Part shown: one piece after another, positions 20,699-35,255 of the stretch | Layout: each line of letters opens with the position of its first letter | Position numbering within the stretch: the stretch's first letter is position 1 | Assembly (NCBI GenBank): GCA_963848295.1 | Contig: CAWKDB010000010.1 | Location: 1,728,001-1,792,000, forward strand | Reading direction: 5' to 3' | Source of the DNA: an uncultured delta proteobacterium | GTDB lineage: Bacteria; Myxococcota_A; Polyangia; Haliangiales; Haliangiaceae | DNA length: 64,000 nt | Program-made: the position numbers and the translations under genes | The notes under the pieces: model-generated | What the model was told of the DNA's origin: nothing | What the model saw: the letters and a program-made list of their open reading frames with translations, nothing else | Databases searched by the model: none

Positions 20699-21808
20699 TC
20701 AGGCGATCGCTTCGTCGCGCGGCACGATCAACCGCAGCGCGCGTGGCACGACCTCGATGACGTAGTGGTCGCCGGCGGGCAGCTCTTCGCCGTCGCACTG
20801 CGCCGCCGGCAACGATCCGGTCTCGCTGCGCACGGTCAGCTCGAACTTCGTACCGCCGATCGCCGGAGCGAGCGCGAGCCCTAGCCTCTCGAGATCGTCG
20901 ACGCCAACCGGGCTGCGCCCGAGGTGACCGACGAGCTTCGTGATCAGATCGCGCCGGCCCACGATCGGAACGAGCTCGAACCGCCCGTCATCGGATTCGG
21001 CCTGCGCATCGAAGATCCACTCGCCGCCGAACACGCGCGTGTTCTTGACGATCACGTCGAGCAGCTGATCGAAATGGTGGACCTGGTTGTCGATCACGGC
21101 ATCGAGATCGAACTTGATGTCGACGACGTAGCTCTCGACGAACCGCTGCACGACCGCGCCGAAGTACACGAGCTGATCGCGATACAGCATGCCCAGGCCG
21201 GGGATGCGACCGACCCGATCGCGATCGCGATTGCGCGTCGCGAGGCTCGCCGCGCCGAGGCCGATCGAGAACGAATCGAAGAACAGGTCGCGGTGCACGC
21301 TCTTGAGGCCGCGATCGATCGCGAGCCGACCGACGTCGCAACTGACGGTCTCGCCCGCCGCGACGACCGCGACGTTGCGAGCGAGCGCGCCGGCACCGGG
21401 CTCGAGCCCGAACGACTTGCCCTGATCGTTCGCGGTGCCGGTCGGCAGCATCCCGATCGCGACCTCTGCCGCGTGGTGCGATCCGAGCACGCCCTTCGCG
21501 ACCTCGGCGAACGTGCCGTCGCCACCCATGTAGATCACGACGCGCGCACCGTCGTCATCGATCACCTCGCGGACGCGGTCGATCGTCGCACCGTCGGGCT
21601 CGGTCGGTACGAACCGATGCGCGACCGCGGCCTCGTCGAGCAGCGCGCGCGCGTGGCGAATCCAGTCCGCGGCGCTCCCGCTGTGCGCGGTCGGATTGGC
21701 GACCAGCACCGCCGGGCGGTCGCGAGTCCAGCGCGCGATGGCCGGGGCCTGCGCCTGGTGAGCAGCCCCGCCGAATGGCGGTGCGGTTGGATCGTCCCCA
21801 GGCAGCAT
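20699..21808 (-). CDS. diacylglycerol/lipid kinase family protein
   Basis: VANPTA, GGDGT, PTGTAND, DGE motifs. Confidence 0.9.
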   Translation of the reverse strand: MLPGDDPTAPPFGGAAHQAQAPAIARWTRDRPAVLVANPTAHSGSAADWIRHARALLDEAAVAHRFVPTEPDGATIDRVREVIDDDGARVVIYMGGDGTFAEVAKGVLGSHHAAEVAIGMLPTGTANDQGKSFGLEPGAGALARNVAVVAAGETVSCDVGRLAIDRGLKSVHRDLFFDSFSIGLGAASLATRNRDRDRVGRIPGLGMLYRDQLVYFGAVVQRFVESYVVDIKFDLDAVIDNQVHHFDQLLDVIVKNTRVFGGEWIFDAQAESDDGRFELVPIVGRRDLITKLVGHLGRSPVGVDDLERLGLALAPAIGGTKFELTVRSETGSLPAAQCDGEELPAGDHYVIEVVPRALRLIVPRDEAIA

Positions 21809-21912
21809 GCCTCGGCAATGTAACGTGAGCACGCGTCGAAGCCAGTGGCTGCGAGGTATGAAGCGCGGACTCGCCCGTTTTGGCCGCTAAACCGTCATAA
21901 GGTACGCTCGAC

Positions 21913-23060
<1,148 letters not shown>

Positions 23061-23064
<4 letters not shown>

Positions 23065-23804
23065 GAGCCTTTGCGTGCCTTCGCGGCGGCGAGCTTGGCC
23101 TTCAGATCGTCTTGCTGCTTCTTCAAGTCGTCGAGCTTGGCGTTCGCCGCATCGCGAGCGCTGTCGTCTTGCGCCTTCGCGACCGCGTTCTTCGCGGCGC
23201 TGACCGCGGCATCGAGCGTGACGAGCTGCGCGGTCAACGAGCCGACCTCGTCGACGTCCGGCATCTTCATGCCGTTCTCCGGCGTCATGTTCGGGTGGAT
23301 GATGCCGCTGCCCGCGACGTTACCGCTGCCGCTACCACTGCCGCTGCCGGCGAGGTCGCTACCACTGCCGTCGCTGCCCGCTCGATCGACGCGGCCATGG
23401 CGACCACCGCGCCCCATACCCCGGCCGCCCATCGTCGCCTTGACGTCGGCGGCCACCTTGTCTTGCGCGTCTTGCGGCAGCTTCGCCTGACAGCCGCGCA
23501 TGTCTTCGCGACTCGCCGCGGCCGCGAAGCACTTGATGACCTCGTCGGACCACGCGTCTTCGCTGCACCGCGTGACGAGCGCCGCCTTCAGCTTGCCGGC
23601 CATCTCGTCCATGCCGGCGAGCATGTTCTTGAGCTGATCGGGGTCGGCGCCGGTCGCACGCGCTTCGACTCGCTTGCGGTTGTTCGCGAACATCTGATCG
23701 ACGCCCTTGCCGATCGCATCGCCACACGCGGCCGAGCCATGGCTCTTGCTGCCGCACGCCGCGAGTCCAAACGAGAGCGAGAGCGCCAGGAACTGCTTCA
23801 TCAT
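23061..23804 (-). CDS. Cys-rich lipoprotein (module A + GS linker + coiled coil)
   Basis: LAAC lipobox; RCSEDAWSDEVIKCF...C; C-terminal heptads. Confidence 0.72.
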
Positions 23805-23853
23805 GGCGAAAGCCTCGCATACGCCGCGAGGTCTCACCAGCGCGCGCGCTCGG

Positions 23854-24225
23854 TCAGGGACAGACCGACTTCGCTGCCTCGGTCACCGCCTGGAGGCCCT
23901 GCAGGCATCCGGTCGCGAGCTCCGCCTTCGTCTCGGGCGGGAGTCCGACCCACGCTTCTGCCGCCTGATCGAAGGCCTGGGTCATCGCGTCGCGCGCCGC
24001 CTGGGGCATTCGATCGCAGGTCGCGAGCTTGTGGACCGCCGCTCCATATTGTCGGCACTCGATCGGCAGTGTAGCGAGGAGGTCGACGGGCGGCGGTGGC
24101 CCAGCATCAGGCGGTGGAACCGCGGGCGCCTTGGCCACGACCGGCGGCGGCATGTTCGGGTTGGTCTTGTCGGTCCAGCACGCGGCGACCGCGGCGAGAA
24201 CGATCGCGATGGAGAGGATCTTCAT
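23854..24225 (-). CDS. small Cys-rich lipoprotein (module B)
   Basis: VAAC lipobox; LPIECRQY...CDRMPQAARDAM...ATGC...VC. Confidence 0.75.
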   Translation of the reverse strand: MKILSIAIVLAAVAACWTDKTNPNMPPPVVAKAPAVPPPDAGPPPPVDLLATLPIECRQYGAAVHKLATCDRMPQAARDAMTQAFDQAAEAWVGLPPETKAELATGCLQGLQAVTEAAKSVCP

Positions 24226-24312
24226 GACGCTCCTTTGAGGCCCGAAACGACGAGAGGCCGCCAAGACGACGGCCTCACGTGTTGCTACGTACGAGTTGCG
24301 TAGCGCTAGCGC

Positions 24313-25059
24313 TTACCAACCGCAGACCGCCTTCGCGCTCTGATTGACGGCATCGACGCCGGCCTTGCAGCCCGTGGCGAGCGACGCCTTCGCGTCGGCC
24401 GGCAGACCCGCCCACGCCTTCGACGCGGTCTCGAAGCCCTGCTTCATCGCGTCGCGAGCCTGTTGCGGCATCTTATCGCAGGTCGAGAGCTTCTCGATCG
24501 CGGCCTTGTAGTCCTGGCACTCCTTCGGGAGGTCGCCACCGCCGGCCGCAGCCGCGCTGCCATCGCCAGCCGGAGCCGCGCTACCGGTATCGCTGCCCTT
24601 CATGTCGCCGCCCTTCATGTCGCCGCCCTTCATGTCGCCGCCCTTCATGTCGCCGCCCTTCATGTCGCCGTGGTCACCGCCCATGCCCATCGCCGCCGCC
24701 ATCTCCTTGTCGAGATGCGCCTTCTGCTCGGCCGACAGGTTCTTGTTGCACGCCTGGCCCTCTTCCATCGTCTTGGAAGCATCGACGCACTTCAGCATCT
24801 CCGGGGTCCACTTGTCGTCGGTGCAGACCTTCGTGAGGGTCGCCTTCATCTTCGGCACCATCGTCTTCATCATCTCGTCGGCCATCTTCTTTTGATCGGC
24901 CGGCATGTCCTTCGGCATCTGCTTCGCCTGCTCCTCCATCATCCGGTCGACGGCCGAGCTCATCGTTCCGTCGCAGTCGCCGCCGCCTCCCTTCTTCTTG
25001 CAGCCGGCGAACGCGGCGAGAGAGAGGACGGTCACGAACGCGATCGAGAGGTTCTTCAT
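24313..25059 (-). CDS. Met-rich Cys-rich lipoprotein (module A + DMKG repeats + module B)
   Basis: FAGC lipobox; CTDDKW...KC...C; LPKECQDY...CDKMPQQARDAM...VC. Confidence 0.8.
   Translation of the reverse strand: MKNLSIAFVTVLSLAAFAGCKKKGGGGDCDGTMSSAVDRMMEEQAKQMPKDMPADQKKMADEMMKTMVPKMKATLTKVCTDDKWTPEMLKCVDASKTMEEGQACNKNLSAEQKAHLDKEMAAAMGMGGDHGDMKGGDMKGGDMKGGDMKGGDMKGSDTGSAAPAGDGSAAAAGGGDLPKECQDYKAAIEKLSTCDKMPQQARDAMKQGFETASKAWAGLPADAKASLATGCKAGVDAVNQSAKAVCGW
24595..24670. repeat. 15-bp tandem repeat x5 encoding GDMKG
   Basis: GCCCTTCATGTCGCC five times, perfect. Confidence 0.95.
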
Positions 25060-25161
25060 CACTTGGCTCCGGGGAATAGAAATGTGGCCGTGACGTTTCC
25101 GTATTCGCGATCCGGGGTCAATCTGGCGTCGGCGGACGTTCATCCGCGATGACGGCAGAGA

Positions 25162-27075
<1,914 letters not shown>

Positions 27076-27104
27076 GCGCCGCGATCGAATGTACCATCGT
27101 TCGC

Positions 27105-27701
27105 GTGAACGAACTCGCGCCCGCGCTCGGCGATGCGTTGCCGCTCGCCGCCAGCGATCCGAGCTGGCTGACGATCGCGCTCGCCGACCTCGATGCGATC
27201 CACGCCGACCATCTCCACTGCGAGCGCAAGGCCGCCCAGTCGGCGCTGTCGCTGATCCGCAGCTATCCCGAGCGCGCCGACCTGGTCGCGGCGATGGCGC
27301 GACTCGCGCACGACGAGACGCGCCATGTCGTCCAGGTCGCGCAGCTGATGGCGCGGCGCGAGCAACCCGCCGCGTACGACTTCGGCGACGACTACGCCGC
27401 CGCGATGCGCGATCACATTCGCAAGCGCGAGCCCGAGCGCTTGCTCGATCGCCTGATCGTGTTCGCGGTGATCGAAGGTCGCTCGGCCGAGCGCCTGGGC
27501 CTGCTCGCCGGCGCGCTCGCGGACGAGAAGACGCGCGCGCTATACGCGAGCCTCGCCGACGCCGAGGTCCGCCATCGCGACACGTTCCTAGCGCTCGCCC
27601 GCGACGCGTTCCCGCAGACCTGGCGCGCCCGCGCCAGCGAGCTCGCCGGGGTGGAGCGCGAGCTCCTCGCCCGGCGCGAAGTCGTCGCGCGGATTCATTG
27701 A
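27105..27701 (+). CDS. miaE: tRNA-(ms2io6A37) hydroxylase
   Basis: DHLHCERKAA, ETRH, IEGRSAER, EVRH di-iron motifs, C-terminal RIH. Confidence 0.88.
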   Translation: MNELAPALGDALPLAASDPSWLTIALADLDAIHADHLHCERKAAQSALSLIRSYPERADLVAAMARLAHDETRHVVQVAQLMARREQPAAYDFGDDYAAAMRDHIRKREPERLLDRLIVFAVIEGRSAERLGLLAGALADEKTRALYASLADAEVRHRDTFLALARDAFPQTWRARASELAGVERELLARREVVARIH

Positions 27702-27727
27702 CGCCTATCTCGGTTGAAACGTTCGAG

Positions 27728-28083
27728 CTACGGATCGGCCTTGGCTGCTTGAATCGCTTCCAACAGCGCGCCGGAGGGGAACCACCGGTGTTGGGCGGCG
27801 AGCTGCTCGACGCGCAACAGCAATTCGCGTTTGCGCGCCGGCTCGGGCGCTTTCAAATACGCCTCCCAGTCGCGGACGAGCTCGGGGATGCCGGCGCAGT
27901 CCTTTGTCGGAGCCAGCTCGGCCCCATGCGGAACGCCTCGGCGTCGGGCCGTTCGAGCGTCGCTTCGATCGCGCCACCGACGTACGCGATGGATTGACCG
28001 CATGGCGTGGTCGGTTGCGGTGGCTTGTCGGCTTTCGACGACGAGCACGCGACCAGCAGACTTCCGAGAATGAGGGCGCGCAT
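27728..28083 (-). CDS. hypothetical lipoprotein; apparent 1-base deletion at 27922-27925
   Basis: MRALILGSLLVAC... continues sensibly (AELAPTKDCAGIPELVRDWEAY) only after a frame change in a G run. Confidence 0.55.
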
Positions 28084-28093
28084 TGCGCGGAGC

Positions 28094-29317
28094 TTAGTCC
28101 GAATCGGGCGTGAGCTCGGCGAGCGGCGGCATGTTCGTGAGCGCGCGCCACTTCAGGGCGACGATCGGCACGACCACGATCGCGACCGCGCCGCCGACGA
28201 TGACCGCCGGCACCGTACCGATCAAGAACGCCGCGAGTCCGGACTCCGCGCCGCCTAGCTCGTTCGACATCCCGATGAAGATGTAGTGGACCGCGCTGAC
28301 TCGGCCGCGAATGACGTCGGGCACGACCATCTGCTCGAGCGTGAGCCGGATGACGACGCTGATGTTGTCGAGCGCGCCGCACAGCACGAGTAGCGCGACC
28401 GAGAGCGGGAACGACGTCGACAGGCCGAATCCGACGGTCGCGGCGCCGAACAGCGCGACGACGATCAACAGCACCTTGCCGGGCCGCTGCCACGGCGCGA
28501 TCCGGCCGCCGATCAGCGCCATCGCGATCGCGCCGACCGATTGCGCCGAGCGCAGGATGCCGTACCCGATCGACCCGACGTGGAGTACGTGCTCCGCGAT
28601 CGCGGGCAGCAGCGCGGTCACGCCCGCGAACAGCACCGCGAACATGTCGAGCGTGAGCGCGGGCAGCAGCAGCGGCGACTTGAAGATGAACCGCAAGCCG
28701 ACCCGCCAATCGCGGCGCGCCGCCGACGCGCCCGGTGCGGCGTCGAAGGTGCGCGGCTTGGGCAGCGATCGATAGAGCACCGCCGACGCGACGCCGGTCG
28801 CGGCGACCACGGCGTAGATCGCCGCCGGATCGAACACGGCGAGCGCGAGACCCGCGAGCGTCGGACCGCCGATCTGCGCGAGCTCCGACAAGCTCGAGCC
28901 GACGCGATTCGCACGGTGCAGGTCCTCGCGATCGATGATCAGCGGGATCAGCGACGAGCTGGCCGGTGCGTGCACGCTCGTGATGCAACCCTGAGCGAAC
29001 AGCAACGGAAAGTAGGCCCACACCGGCAAGCCGAGCGCCGACACCGCCGCGAGCCCGATGCCGACCGCGCCGGTCCCGACCGCCGCGACGAACGCGAGCA
29101 TCCGCCGGTCGTACTTATCGACGAGCCGGCCCGACAAGACGAACAGCGCCACCACCGGGATGACCTGCACCAGCCCGATACCGGCGAGCACCAGCGTCGA
29201 ATCGGTCCGCTGGTACAGCTCGTAGTAGACCGTCGTCGTGATGATCGCGCGGCCGAACGTGTTCAGCGAACGAGCCCCGACGAGCGGCAAGATCCGGCCG
29301 AGCGCGGCGTCCGGCAC
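28094..29317 (-). CDS. MFS transporter (EntS/MFS_3-like)
   Basis: About 12 TM segments, GRLVDKYDRR, LDMFAVLFAG, RGRVSAV. Confidence 0.9.
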   Translation of the reverse strand: MPDAALGRILPLVGARSLNTFGRAIITTTVYYELYQRTDSTLVLAGIGLVQVIPVVALFVLSGRLVDKYDRRMLAFVAAVGTGAVGIGLAAVSALGLPVWAYFPLLFAQGCITSVHAPASSSLIPLIIDREDLHRANRVGSSLSELAQIGGPTLAGLALAVFDPAAIYAVVAATGVASAVLYRSLPKPRTFDAAPGASAARRDWRVGLRFIFKSPLLLPALTLDMFAVLFAGVTALLPAIAEHVLHVGSIGYGILRSAQSVGAIAMALIGGRIAPWQRPGKVLLIVVALFGAATVGFGLSTSFPLSVALLVLCGALDNISVVIRLTLEQMVVPDVIRGRVSAVHYIFIGMSNELGGAESGLAAFLIGTVPAVIVGGAVAIVVVPIVALKWRALTNMPPLAELTPDSD

Positions 29318-29357
29318 TACGCTTGCGATGCTACCGCAACGCGGATCGTTACGCGGA

Positions 29358-29684
29358 TCATGGCTGGACGAGCTCGAGCCCACCCAAGTTGAAGACCCGC
29401 ACGCAGCTATAGCTGTAGGGCCAGCTGCCGCCGTCGTTCTGGCACACGTAGAGCTGCTCTTGACCGCAGCCGCGCGCGACGTAGTGGGTCGACTTCGCGG
29501 CGTCGGCGTTCCACACCGCGAGCCGGCCGGGATCCGCGGCGATGTCCTCCGGCGGTGGCGGGGTCGGCGCGTGCGCGACGGTCACACGGTCCTCGGGGCA
29601 CGTCGCGTCGCCAGAGAACTGGGCGCGCGCCGCAGCTTGGTACGAGCTACACGCGCCGACCATGCAGAACAAGAATATTCGCAT
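29358..29684 (-). CDS. small Cys-containing lipoprotein
   Basis: VGAC lipobox; TCPEDRV...ARGCGQEQLYVC. Confidence 0.6.
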   Translation of the reverse strand: MRIFLFCMVGACSSYQAAARAQFSGDATCPEDRVTVAHAPTPPPPEDIAADPGRLAVWNADAAKSTHYVARGCGQEQLYVCQNDGGSWPYSYSCVRVFNLGGLELVQP

Positions 29685-29955
29685 GGCTCGGTCGTAGGCC
29701 GCGGACGTTGCGCGGCGGTGATCGCATCGTGTCGAAGTTTGACGCGTCAGGACCGCGGCGGCGGCCGCGACCGACGGCGCGCCATCGCTGCCGAGCACGA
29801 CCTGCAACCCGCCGCGAGAGACACCAGCACCGGTAGACGGCCCCTGCTCGGATCGTCCACGGCGCGCCGGCAGTGATGATTGCGATCGAATGAAGCGCGT
29901 TGGTTCGGGGTCAGGGACGCTCGCGTCTGCACAACGCAGTCGCCTGGGGTCGCAG

Positions 29956-32007
29956 CTACGGCTTGACCAACACGCGGCCCGAGCGCGCCGGCACGCTGAC
30001 GTCGACGGTGCCGTCGGCCTGCACGGTGAACGTCTTGCCATCGCTGCCCGGCATCACATCTTGGAGCACGGTGCCGACCGGCAGCGACGTCTTCAGGCAG
30101 CCGCCCGATTGCGCGCAGCTCTCGCTCGTCTGGTCGCTCGAGTTCAACACGACGAGCACGGTCTCGTTTGCGGTCGAGCGCTCGAACGCGAAGATCCCGG
30201 CGTCGCGCGCCGCACCCGCGACGGTCGTCGACCACACCGGAGCCACCGTGCCCCGGCGCAGCGCTTCGTGGTCCTTGCGCATCTGGATCAGCGCCTTCGC
30301 CATCTGGAACGTATCGTTCGTCGTGTCGAACCCGGGATAGCCCGCGTCCTCGTTGCCGCGCCACATGTCCTCGCGGTTCGCCGGATCGACGCCGCCATGG
30401 AACAGCTGCTCGGTGCCGTAATACATGCACGGGATCCCGTCCCACGTGTAGATGTACATCAGCGCGACGCGCAGATCGTTCGGATCGGTCTTGTCGAACA
30501 TGAACCGCGCGACGTCGTGGTTGTCGAGGAAGCTGACGAGCAGTTGCTGCGGAGCCAACCCGACGCCGCCATCCGCGGATGAGGCCATCGCGGTGTCGCC
30601 GAAATCCGGCCCGGGCGAATAGCCATTCGCGTTGCAGAACGGGTCGGTCGGGTTGCGCCCCGTCCGCGAGTTGTACAAGCACTCGAGGTGCTTGGTAGGC
30701 GGCGCGGTGCCGCTCGTATCGCCGAACACCGTCGTGATGCCTTCGTAGTACTGCGGGAAGTTGAACATCGAGTCGAACCGACCGAAGGTTCCCTGCGCGT
30801 CCGTCCCGGGCCAGGTGTAACTGCCGATCAGCGGGTCGTTACCGTCGAAGCCCTCGCCGAAGATGAAGAAGTTCTGCTTGCCGAGCGCCTTGGCCTTCGC
30901 GCGCATCGCATCGTCGAAGTTGCCCCAGAACCCGCGCAGGTTGCGATTCACCTCGGGCCGATCGATGTGCTTCACGGTATCGATGCGGAAGCCGTCGAAG
31001 TCGCCGACCTCGATCCAGTACTGGAAGGACTGGATCAAGGCCGCCTGGACGTCGGGATTGTCGGTGTCGAGATCCTTGAGCCCACCCGGGAAGTCGCCGG
31101 TGGTCTCTTGCTCCCGCACGAAGTCGGTCGAGTAGTCCTGCTGGTGCCACCAGACGTAGACCCGACCCTTGCGGTGGAACCAGCTCGGATCGTCGAACCA
31201 CGACTTGTCGGACGGCCAGCCGAACCAGTCCGGCGGGCGCGGCGGCTTCGTGCGATTCAGATCCGGCCAATCGGGAAAGATGATCGGCGCCGGGCCGTAG
31301 AAGCCGAGCGACGTCCACCCCTGCACGCCGCGATCGTCGTAGTCGGGATCCCACTCGAGGATCTGCTCGAGCTGGGTGCCGCCTTCCTGGCAGTAGGTGA
31401 GCTCGTCGGTCGTGCACAACGCCGGCGTCGGCGCGCAGATCTGCAAGCAACTGTGGCTGTAGCCACCACCGGAGATCGTGTCGTCGGGCTGCCCGTTGCC
31501 GTTGATGTCGTAATAGAATAGCTGGCCCATGTGGTTCGTGACCACATCGAGGATGACGAGCATGCCGCGGGCGTGCGCCTTGTCGACCATCTCGCGCAGC
31601 TTGTCGAGGTCGCCGAAGTGAGCGTTCGGGCGCAGGAAGTCCTGCGTCCAGTAACCGTGATAGCTGTCGAACCCGGCGTCGGACTCGACGTTCTTGACGA
31701 CCGGCGAGATCCACAGCGCGGTGACGCCGAGGTCCTGCAGATAATCGAGCTGATCGATCACGCCCTGCCAGTCGCCGCCGTGGAAGTGACCGGGGACCGA
31801 CGGGTCGACGTTGATATCGTTGTTCTCATCGCCGTTCGAGAACCGGTCGATCATGATCTGATAGATCATCTGATCGCGCCAATCGATGTCGGCGTTGGCC
31901 TGGTGAGGCTCGTCGGCGGGATGCTCGAAGTCCGACGCGCCGCCGCAGCTCGCGACCGCGGTGAGGATCGCAGCAGTCAGGAGCGCGGTACGGCTGGCGG
32001 ACGACAT
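29956..32007 (-). CDS. GH13 alpha-amylase family lipoprotein
   Basis: [48 protein letters not shown]. Confidence 0.93.
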   Translation of the reverse strand: MSSASRTALLTAAILTAVASCGGASDFEHPADEPHQANADIDWRDQMIYQIMIDRFSNGDENNDINVDPSVPGHFHGGDWQGVIDQLDYLQDLGVTALWISPVVKNVESDAGFDSYHGYWTQDFLRPNAHFGDLDKLREMVDKAHARGMLVILDVVTNHMGQLFYYDINGNGQPDDTISGGGYSHSCLQICAPTPALCTTDELTYCQEGGTQLEQILEWDPDYDDRGVQGWTSLGFYGPAPIIFPDWPDLNRTKPPRPPDWFGWPSDKSWFDDPSWFHRKGRVYVWWHQQDYSTDFVREQETTGDFPGGLKDLDTDNPDVQAALIQSFQYWIEVGDFDGFRIDTVKHIDRPEVNRNLRGFWGNFDDAMRAKAKALGKQNFFIFGEGFDGNDPLIGSYTWPGTDAQGTFGRFDSMFNFPQYYEGITTVFGDTSGTAPPTKHLECLYNSRTGRNPTDPFCNANGYSPGPDFGDTAMASSADGGVGLAPQQLLVSFLDNHDVARFMFDKTDPNDLRVALMYIYTWDGIPCMYYGTEQLFHGGVDPANREDMWRGNEDAGYPGFDTTNDTFQMAKALIQMRKDHEALRRGTVAPVWSTTVAGAARDAGIFAFERSTANETVLVVLNSSDQTSESCAQSGGCLKTSLPVGTVLQDVMPGSDGKTFTVQADGTVDVSVPARSGRVLVKP

Positions 32008-32016
32008 CGGAGCCAT

Positions 32017-32036
32017 GGCGAGCACGATTCGTGCCC
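32017..32036 (-). promoter_or_regulatory. sigma54-like -24/-12 promoter of the GH13 gene
   Basis: Minus strand GGGCACGAATCGTGCTCGCC; 19/20 identical to 38370-38389. Confidence 0.65.
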
Positions 32037-32087
32037 TACAGCCGCCCGCGGGATCAACACATTATCGTCGAGGCGAGGTCGATTCGT

Positions 32088-32102
32088 GTTGCCGTTCGCA
32101 AC
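32088..32102. promoter_or_regulatory. palindromic GTTGC-N5-GCAAC site (putative activator site)
   Basis: GTTGCcgttcGCAAC; same motif at 38441-38455 and 38832-38846. Confidence 0.65.
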
Positions 32103-32220
32103 GCGGGGCAATCGGCGCAGGCCCGGCGATCGGGCTCGGGGCCGTGATCTGCGCTACCGGAACCGCTTGTCGCCTTCTGGGACTAGAGCGCCGGGCCCGC
32201 GGCTACAGTACGATAGCGAC

Positions 32221-34296
32221 GTGGGAATCAGCGAGACACTGCGAGCCGTCATCGAGGCGGGCAGCGCCGGCAAGCGCCTCGACGAGCTCAGCACCGCGCG
32301 GATCATCTGCGATGCCGCCGATCAGCTGCATGCCGCCCACCAGAGCGCGGGCCTCGGCAAGTCGATCGGTCCGCTGACCCCGGCCGATGTGTCGATCAGT
32401 GATACCGGCGATGTCACGATCGCGATCGCAGGTGGATCCGGGGCGATCGGGTACCGCGCGCCGGAGCAGCTCGGCGCCACCGGCGACCGCCGCAGCGACG
32501 TGTTCTCGCTGGGCATCGTGATGTGGGAATCGCTGACCCACCAGAAGCTGTTCGAAGCGACCGGTGACGCCGCGATCGAGACCGCGATCGCGCAGCAAGA
32601 CATCCGGCCGCCGTCGGAGATGAACGCGAACATCCCGGCCGAGCTCAGCGCGATCTGCATGAAGGCGCTCGCCCGCACACCGGCCGATCGCTATCAGAGC
32701 GCGAAGGTCCTCGCCGCCGAGCTCGACGAAGTGCTCGCCGAGGCCGGCTACAACGATAAGCTGGCGATCACCAGCTTCGTCGGCGAGCTCGCGAAGCGCG
32801 GGGGCGGACGTAAGACGCCGCTGCCGCCGCCGCTCAGAACCGCGATGCCATCGACGCCTCCTGTGAACGTGGCCGCGCCGCCGATCCCTTCGATCACGCC
32901 GCCGATGCCGATGCCGCTCGCGCCGCGTTCGACCGCGCCTGCGCCACGGCCCGCGGCTCCCCCGGTGATGCTCGCGACCCCGGCGCCGTCTCCGGACACG
33001 ACCATCCCCGATGCGCAATCGCCGCACGCGCTCGGCCGGCAGACGCTGATCGGCACCGCGCTCGCGCCCCATGCCGCCGCCGCACCGGCACCCGCGCCGC
33101 CGATCGCCGCACCGTCGCCGCCCATCGTCCCCGCGCCGCCGATCGTCCCCGCTGCACCGGCACCGCCGATCGTTCCCTCGCCGCCGATCGTCCCCACCGC
33201 GCCGATCGTCCCCGCACCGGCACCGCCGAGCGTTCCCGCGCCGCCCGTCGTCTCCGCGCCGCCTCCCATGCCGGCGCGGCCGTCGGCACCGCAGCTGCCC
33301 GCGAACGCCGCGACGATCGACGACCCCGAAGCACGCAACGCCGCCGCCGCGATCGCGCTCGGGCCGATTCCGGGCGCAGCACCTCGCGACTCGCGCGACG
33401 TGCTCAACAACTGGGCCTGGCGCACCGACACGATCGCGGCGATCCAGGACGACGGCGACTACGAGATGCCGCAGGGGACGAGCCGGCGCACGATCATGAT
33501 GATGGTCGGCGGCGGCGTCGGCCTCGCGCTGATGATCACGATCATCATGGTCGGCTTCGGCGGCGGCTCGAAGAAGAAGCCGGTCGCCGCGGAGTCCCCT
33601 CGCGAGGCGCAGACCGCGCCGATCGATGGCGCACTGGTTGCGATGGCGGATCAGGGGAGCAACGGCTCGGGCTCCGCGCTCGGCTCGGGCTCGAGCACGA
33701 CCGAGCCAACGCCGATCGATCCGTACGCGGGGAGCGGCAGCAGCGAGGGTTCCGGGAGCGCTGTCGCCGAGGTTGCACCGGCCGGCAGTGCGCAACCCGC
33801 GGTTGCGCCGACGCCGGTTCCGACGCCGACCGTGACGCCGACGCCGACGGTGGCGCCGACGCCGACGGTGGCGCCGACGGTGACGCCGACGCCGACGGTG
33901 ACGCCGAAGCCGACCCCGAAGCCCACGCCGATTCCAACGCCAACGCCGAAGGCCACTTCGATGCCGAGACCGACGCCGAGACCGACGCCGACGCCGAGAC
34001 CGACGCCGAAAACCACACCGAGGGCGCCCGCGCGCACCGCGGAGGCCGAAGCCGCGTACAAGACCGGGCTCCAGCTGTTCGCGCGGGGCGACACGAGCGG
34101 TGCACTCGCGTCGTTGCGCGCCGCGATGTCCGCGAACCCCGGCTTCGCGCCGACCTGGCGGGCGTTCGGCCTCGTGTTCGAACGCATGGGTGAGAAGGAT
34201 CAGGCTCGAGCGGCGTACCGGCGCTATCTCCAGCTCGCGCCGTCGGCGGGGGACGCCGACACGATCCGCGCACGGCTCGATCGGATGGGCCGATGA
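32221..34296 (+). CDS. membrane pseudokinase: kinase C-lobe, Pro-rich linker, TM, PT repeats, TPR
   Basis: [21 protein letters not shown]...DRYQS retained; no Gly loop, VAIK, HRD or DFG; C-terminal TPR ([11 protein letters not shown]). Confidence 0.8.
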   Translation: MGISETLRAVIEAGSAGKRLDELSTARIICDAADQLHAAHQSAGLGKSIGPLTPADVSISDTGDVTIAIAGGSGAIGYRAPEQLGATGDRRSDVFSLGIVMWESLTHQKLFEATGDAAIETAIAQQDIRPPSEMNANIPAELSAICMKALARTPADRYQSAKVLAAELDEVLAEAGYNDKLAITSFVGELAKRGGGRKTPLPPPLRTAMPSTPPVNVAAPPIPSITPPMPMPLAPRSTAPAPRPAAPPVMLATPAPSPDTTIPDAQSPHALGRQTLIGTALAPHAAAAPAPAPPIAAPSPPIVPAPPIVPAAPAPPIVPSPPIVPTAPIVPAPAPPSVPAPPVVSAPPPMPARPSAPQLPANAATIDDPEARNAAAAIALGPIPGAAPRDSRDVLNNWAWRTDTIAAIQDDGDYEMPQGTSRRTIMMMVGGGVGLALMITIIMVGFGGGSKKKPVAAESPREAQTAPIDGALVAMADQGSNGSGSALGSGSSTTEPTPIDPYAGSGSSEGSGSAVAEVAPAGSAQPAVAPTPVPTPTVTPTPTVAPTPTVAPTVTPTPTVTPKPTPKPTPIPTPTPKATSMPRPTPRPTPTPRPTPKTTPRAPARTAEAEAAYKTGLQLFARGDTSGALASLRAAMSANPGFAPTWRAFGLVFERMGEKDQARAAYRRYLQLAPSAGDADTIRARLDRMGR

Positions 34297-35255
34297 AGAG
34301 TCTCGCGTTTGCCTCGATCACGCTCGTCGCGAGCGTCGCGTCCGCGGAACCGCGCCACGTCCTCGTGCTGCGTTCCGACGGCAACGCCGACGCCGCCACC
34401 CACGCGAAGGTCGATGCCGAGATCCTCAAGCTCGCTCATAACCTCGACGGTACGGTCGAAGCCGGCGAGATCGATCTCGCCGACGCGACGGCTGCGGTCG
34501 GTTGCAATCCGAGCGAGGCCGGCTGTCGCGATGACGTGATGGCGACGATGTCGGTCGACGAGCTCGTCACGACCACGGTGACGAGCGGCGCCGGAGGTGA
34601 GATCGACGTCTCGGTGCGCCGGCTGATCAAAGGTTCACCGACGCGTGACGCCGCGCTCGCGGTGCCCGCAGGCCAGCCGCTCGAGGCGCGAATCGAGAGC
34701 GTGATCGGCCCGCTGTTCGGCGTCGCCGCGACGACCGCAGCGCCTGGCGAGAGCCAGCCGACGACACCGGCGACGCCGACGACACCGACAACGCCAGCAG
34801 CACCGGCAACACCGACGACGCCGGTCGGGCCTGCATCGCCGAGCGGCGACAACGGCCAGCCCCCGCTCACCGGCTTGCAACCGACTGCCGAGGACGACGA
34901 TGTGTCGTACACGCGCCGCCGGCACGTCGAGATCGGCGTGATCGCGGCGGGCGGAACGGCTTCGCTGCTCGGCATGCTGTTTTGGGCCGCGGCGTCGGGC
35001 ACCGATAACGACATCCGCAACGCGCCGACGAAGACGCCCGCCGACTTCAAGAACCTGACGGATCTCGAGAACAAGGGCGATACCCAGGCCACCGTCGGCA
35101 ACATCTTCGTCGTCAGCGGGCTCGCGGCTGCCGCGATCGGCGGCTACTTCTTCTGGCGCGACCACCACGATCACGACGCACGCCACGCATCGATCACGCC
35201 CGTCCTATTCGATCACGGCGGTGGCATCGCGGTCACGCTCGGAGGTCTGCGATGA
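34293..35255 (+). CDS. secreted/membrane hypothetical protein with C-terminal TM hairpin
   Basis: ATGA overlap; signal peptide; PT linker; two hydrophobic segments. Confidence 0.75.
   Translation: MKSLAFASITLVASVASAEPRHVLVLRSDGNADAATHAKVDAEILKLAHNLDGTVEAGEIDLADATAAVGCNPSEAGCRDDVMATMSVDELVTTTVTSGAGGEIDVSVRRLIKGSPTRDAALAVPAGQPLEARIESVIGPLFGVAATTAAPGESQPTTPATPTTPTTPAAPATPTTPVGPASPSGDNGQPPLTGLQPTAEDDDVSYTRRRHVEIGVIAAGGTASLLGMLFWAAASGTDNDIRNAPTKTPADFKNLTDLENKGDTQATVGNIFVVSGLAAAAIGGYFFWRDHHDHDARHASITPVLFDHGGGIAVTLGGLR

Noticed and set aside
24254..24304. Two hairpins between the Cys-rich lipoprotein genes as a terminator or ncRNA
   Set aside because: Stems are present (GAGGCCG/CGGCCTC; GCTACG/CGTAGC) but the U-tract is weak and no RNA family is recognisable
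29685..29955. 270-bp intergenic region as a possible riboswitch or sRNA
   Set aside because: No recognisable conserved motif or convincing structure by eye
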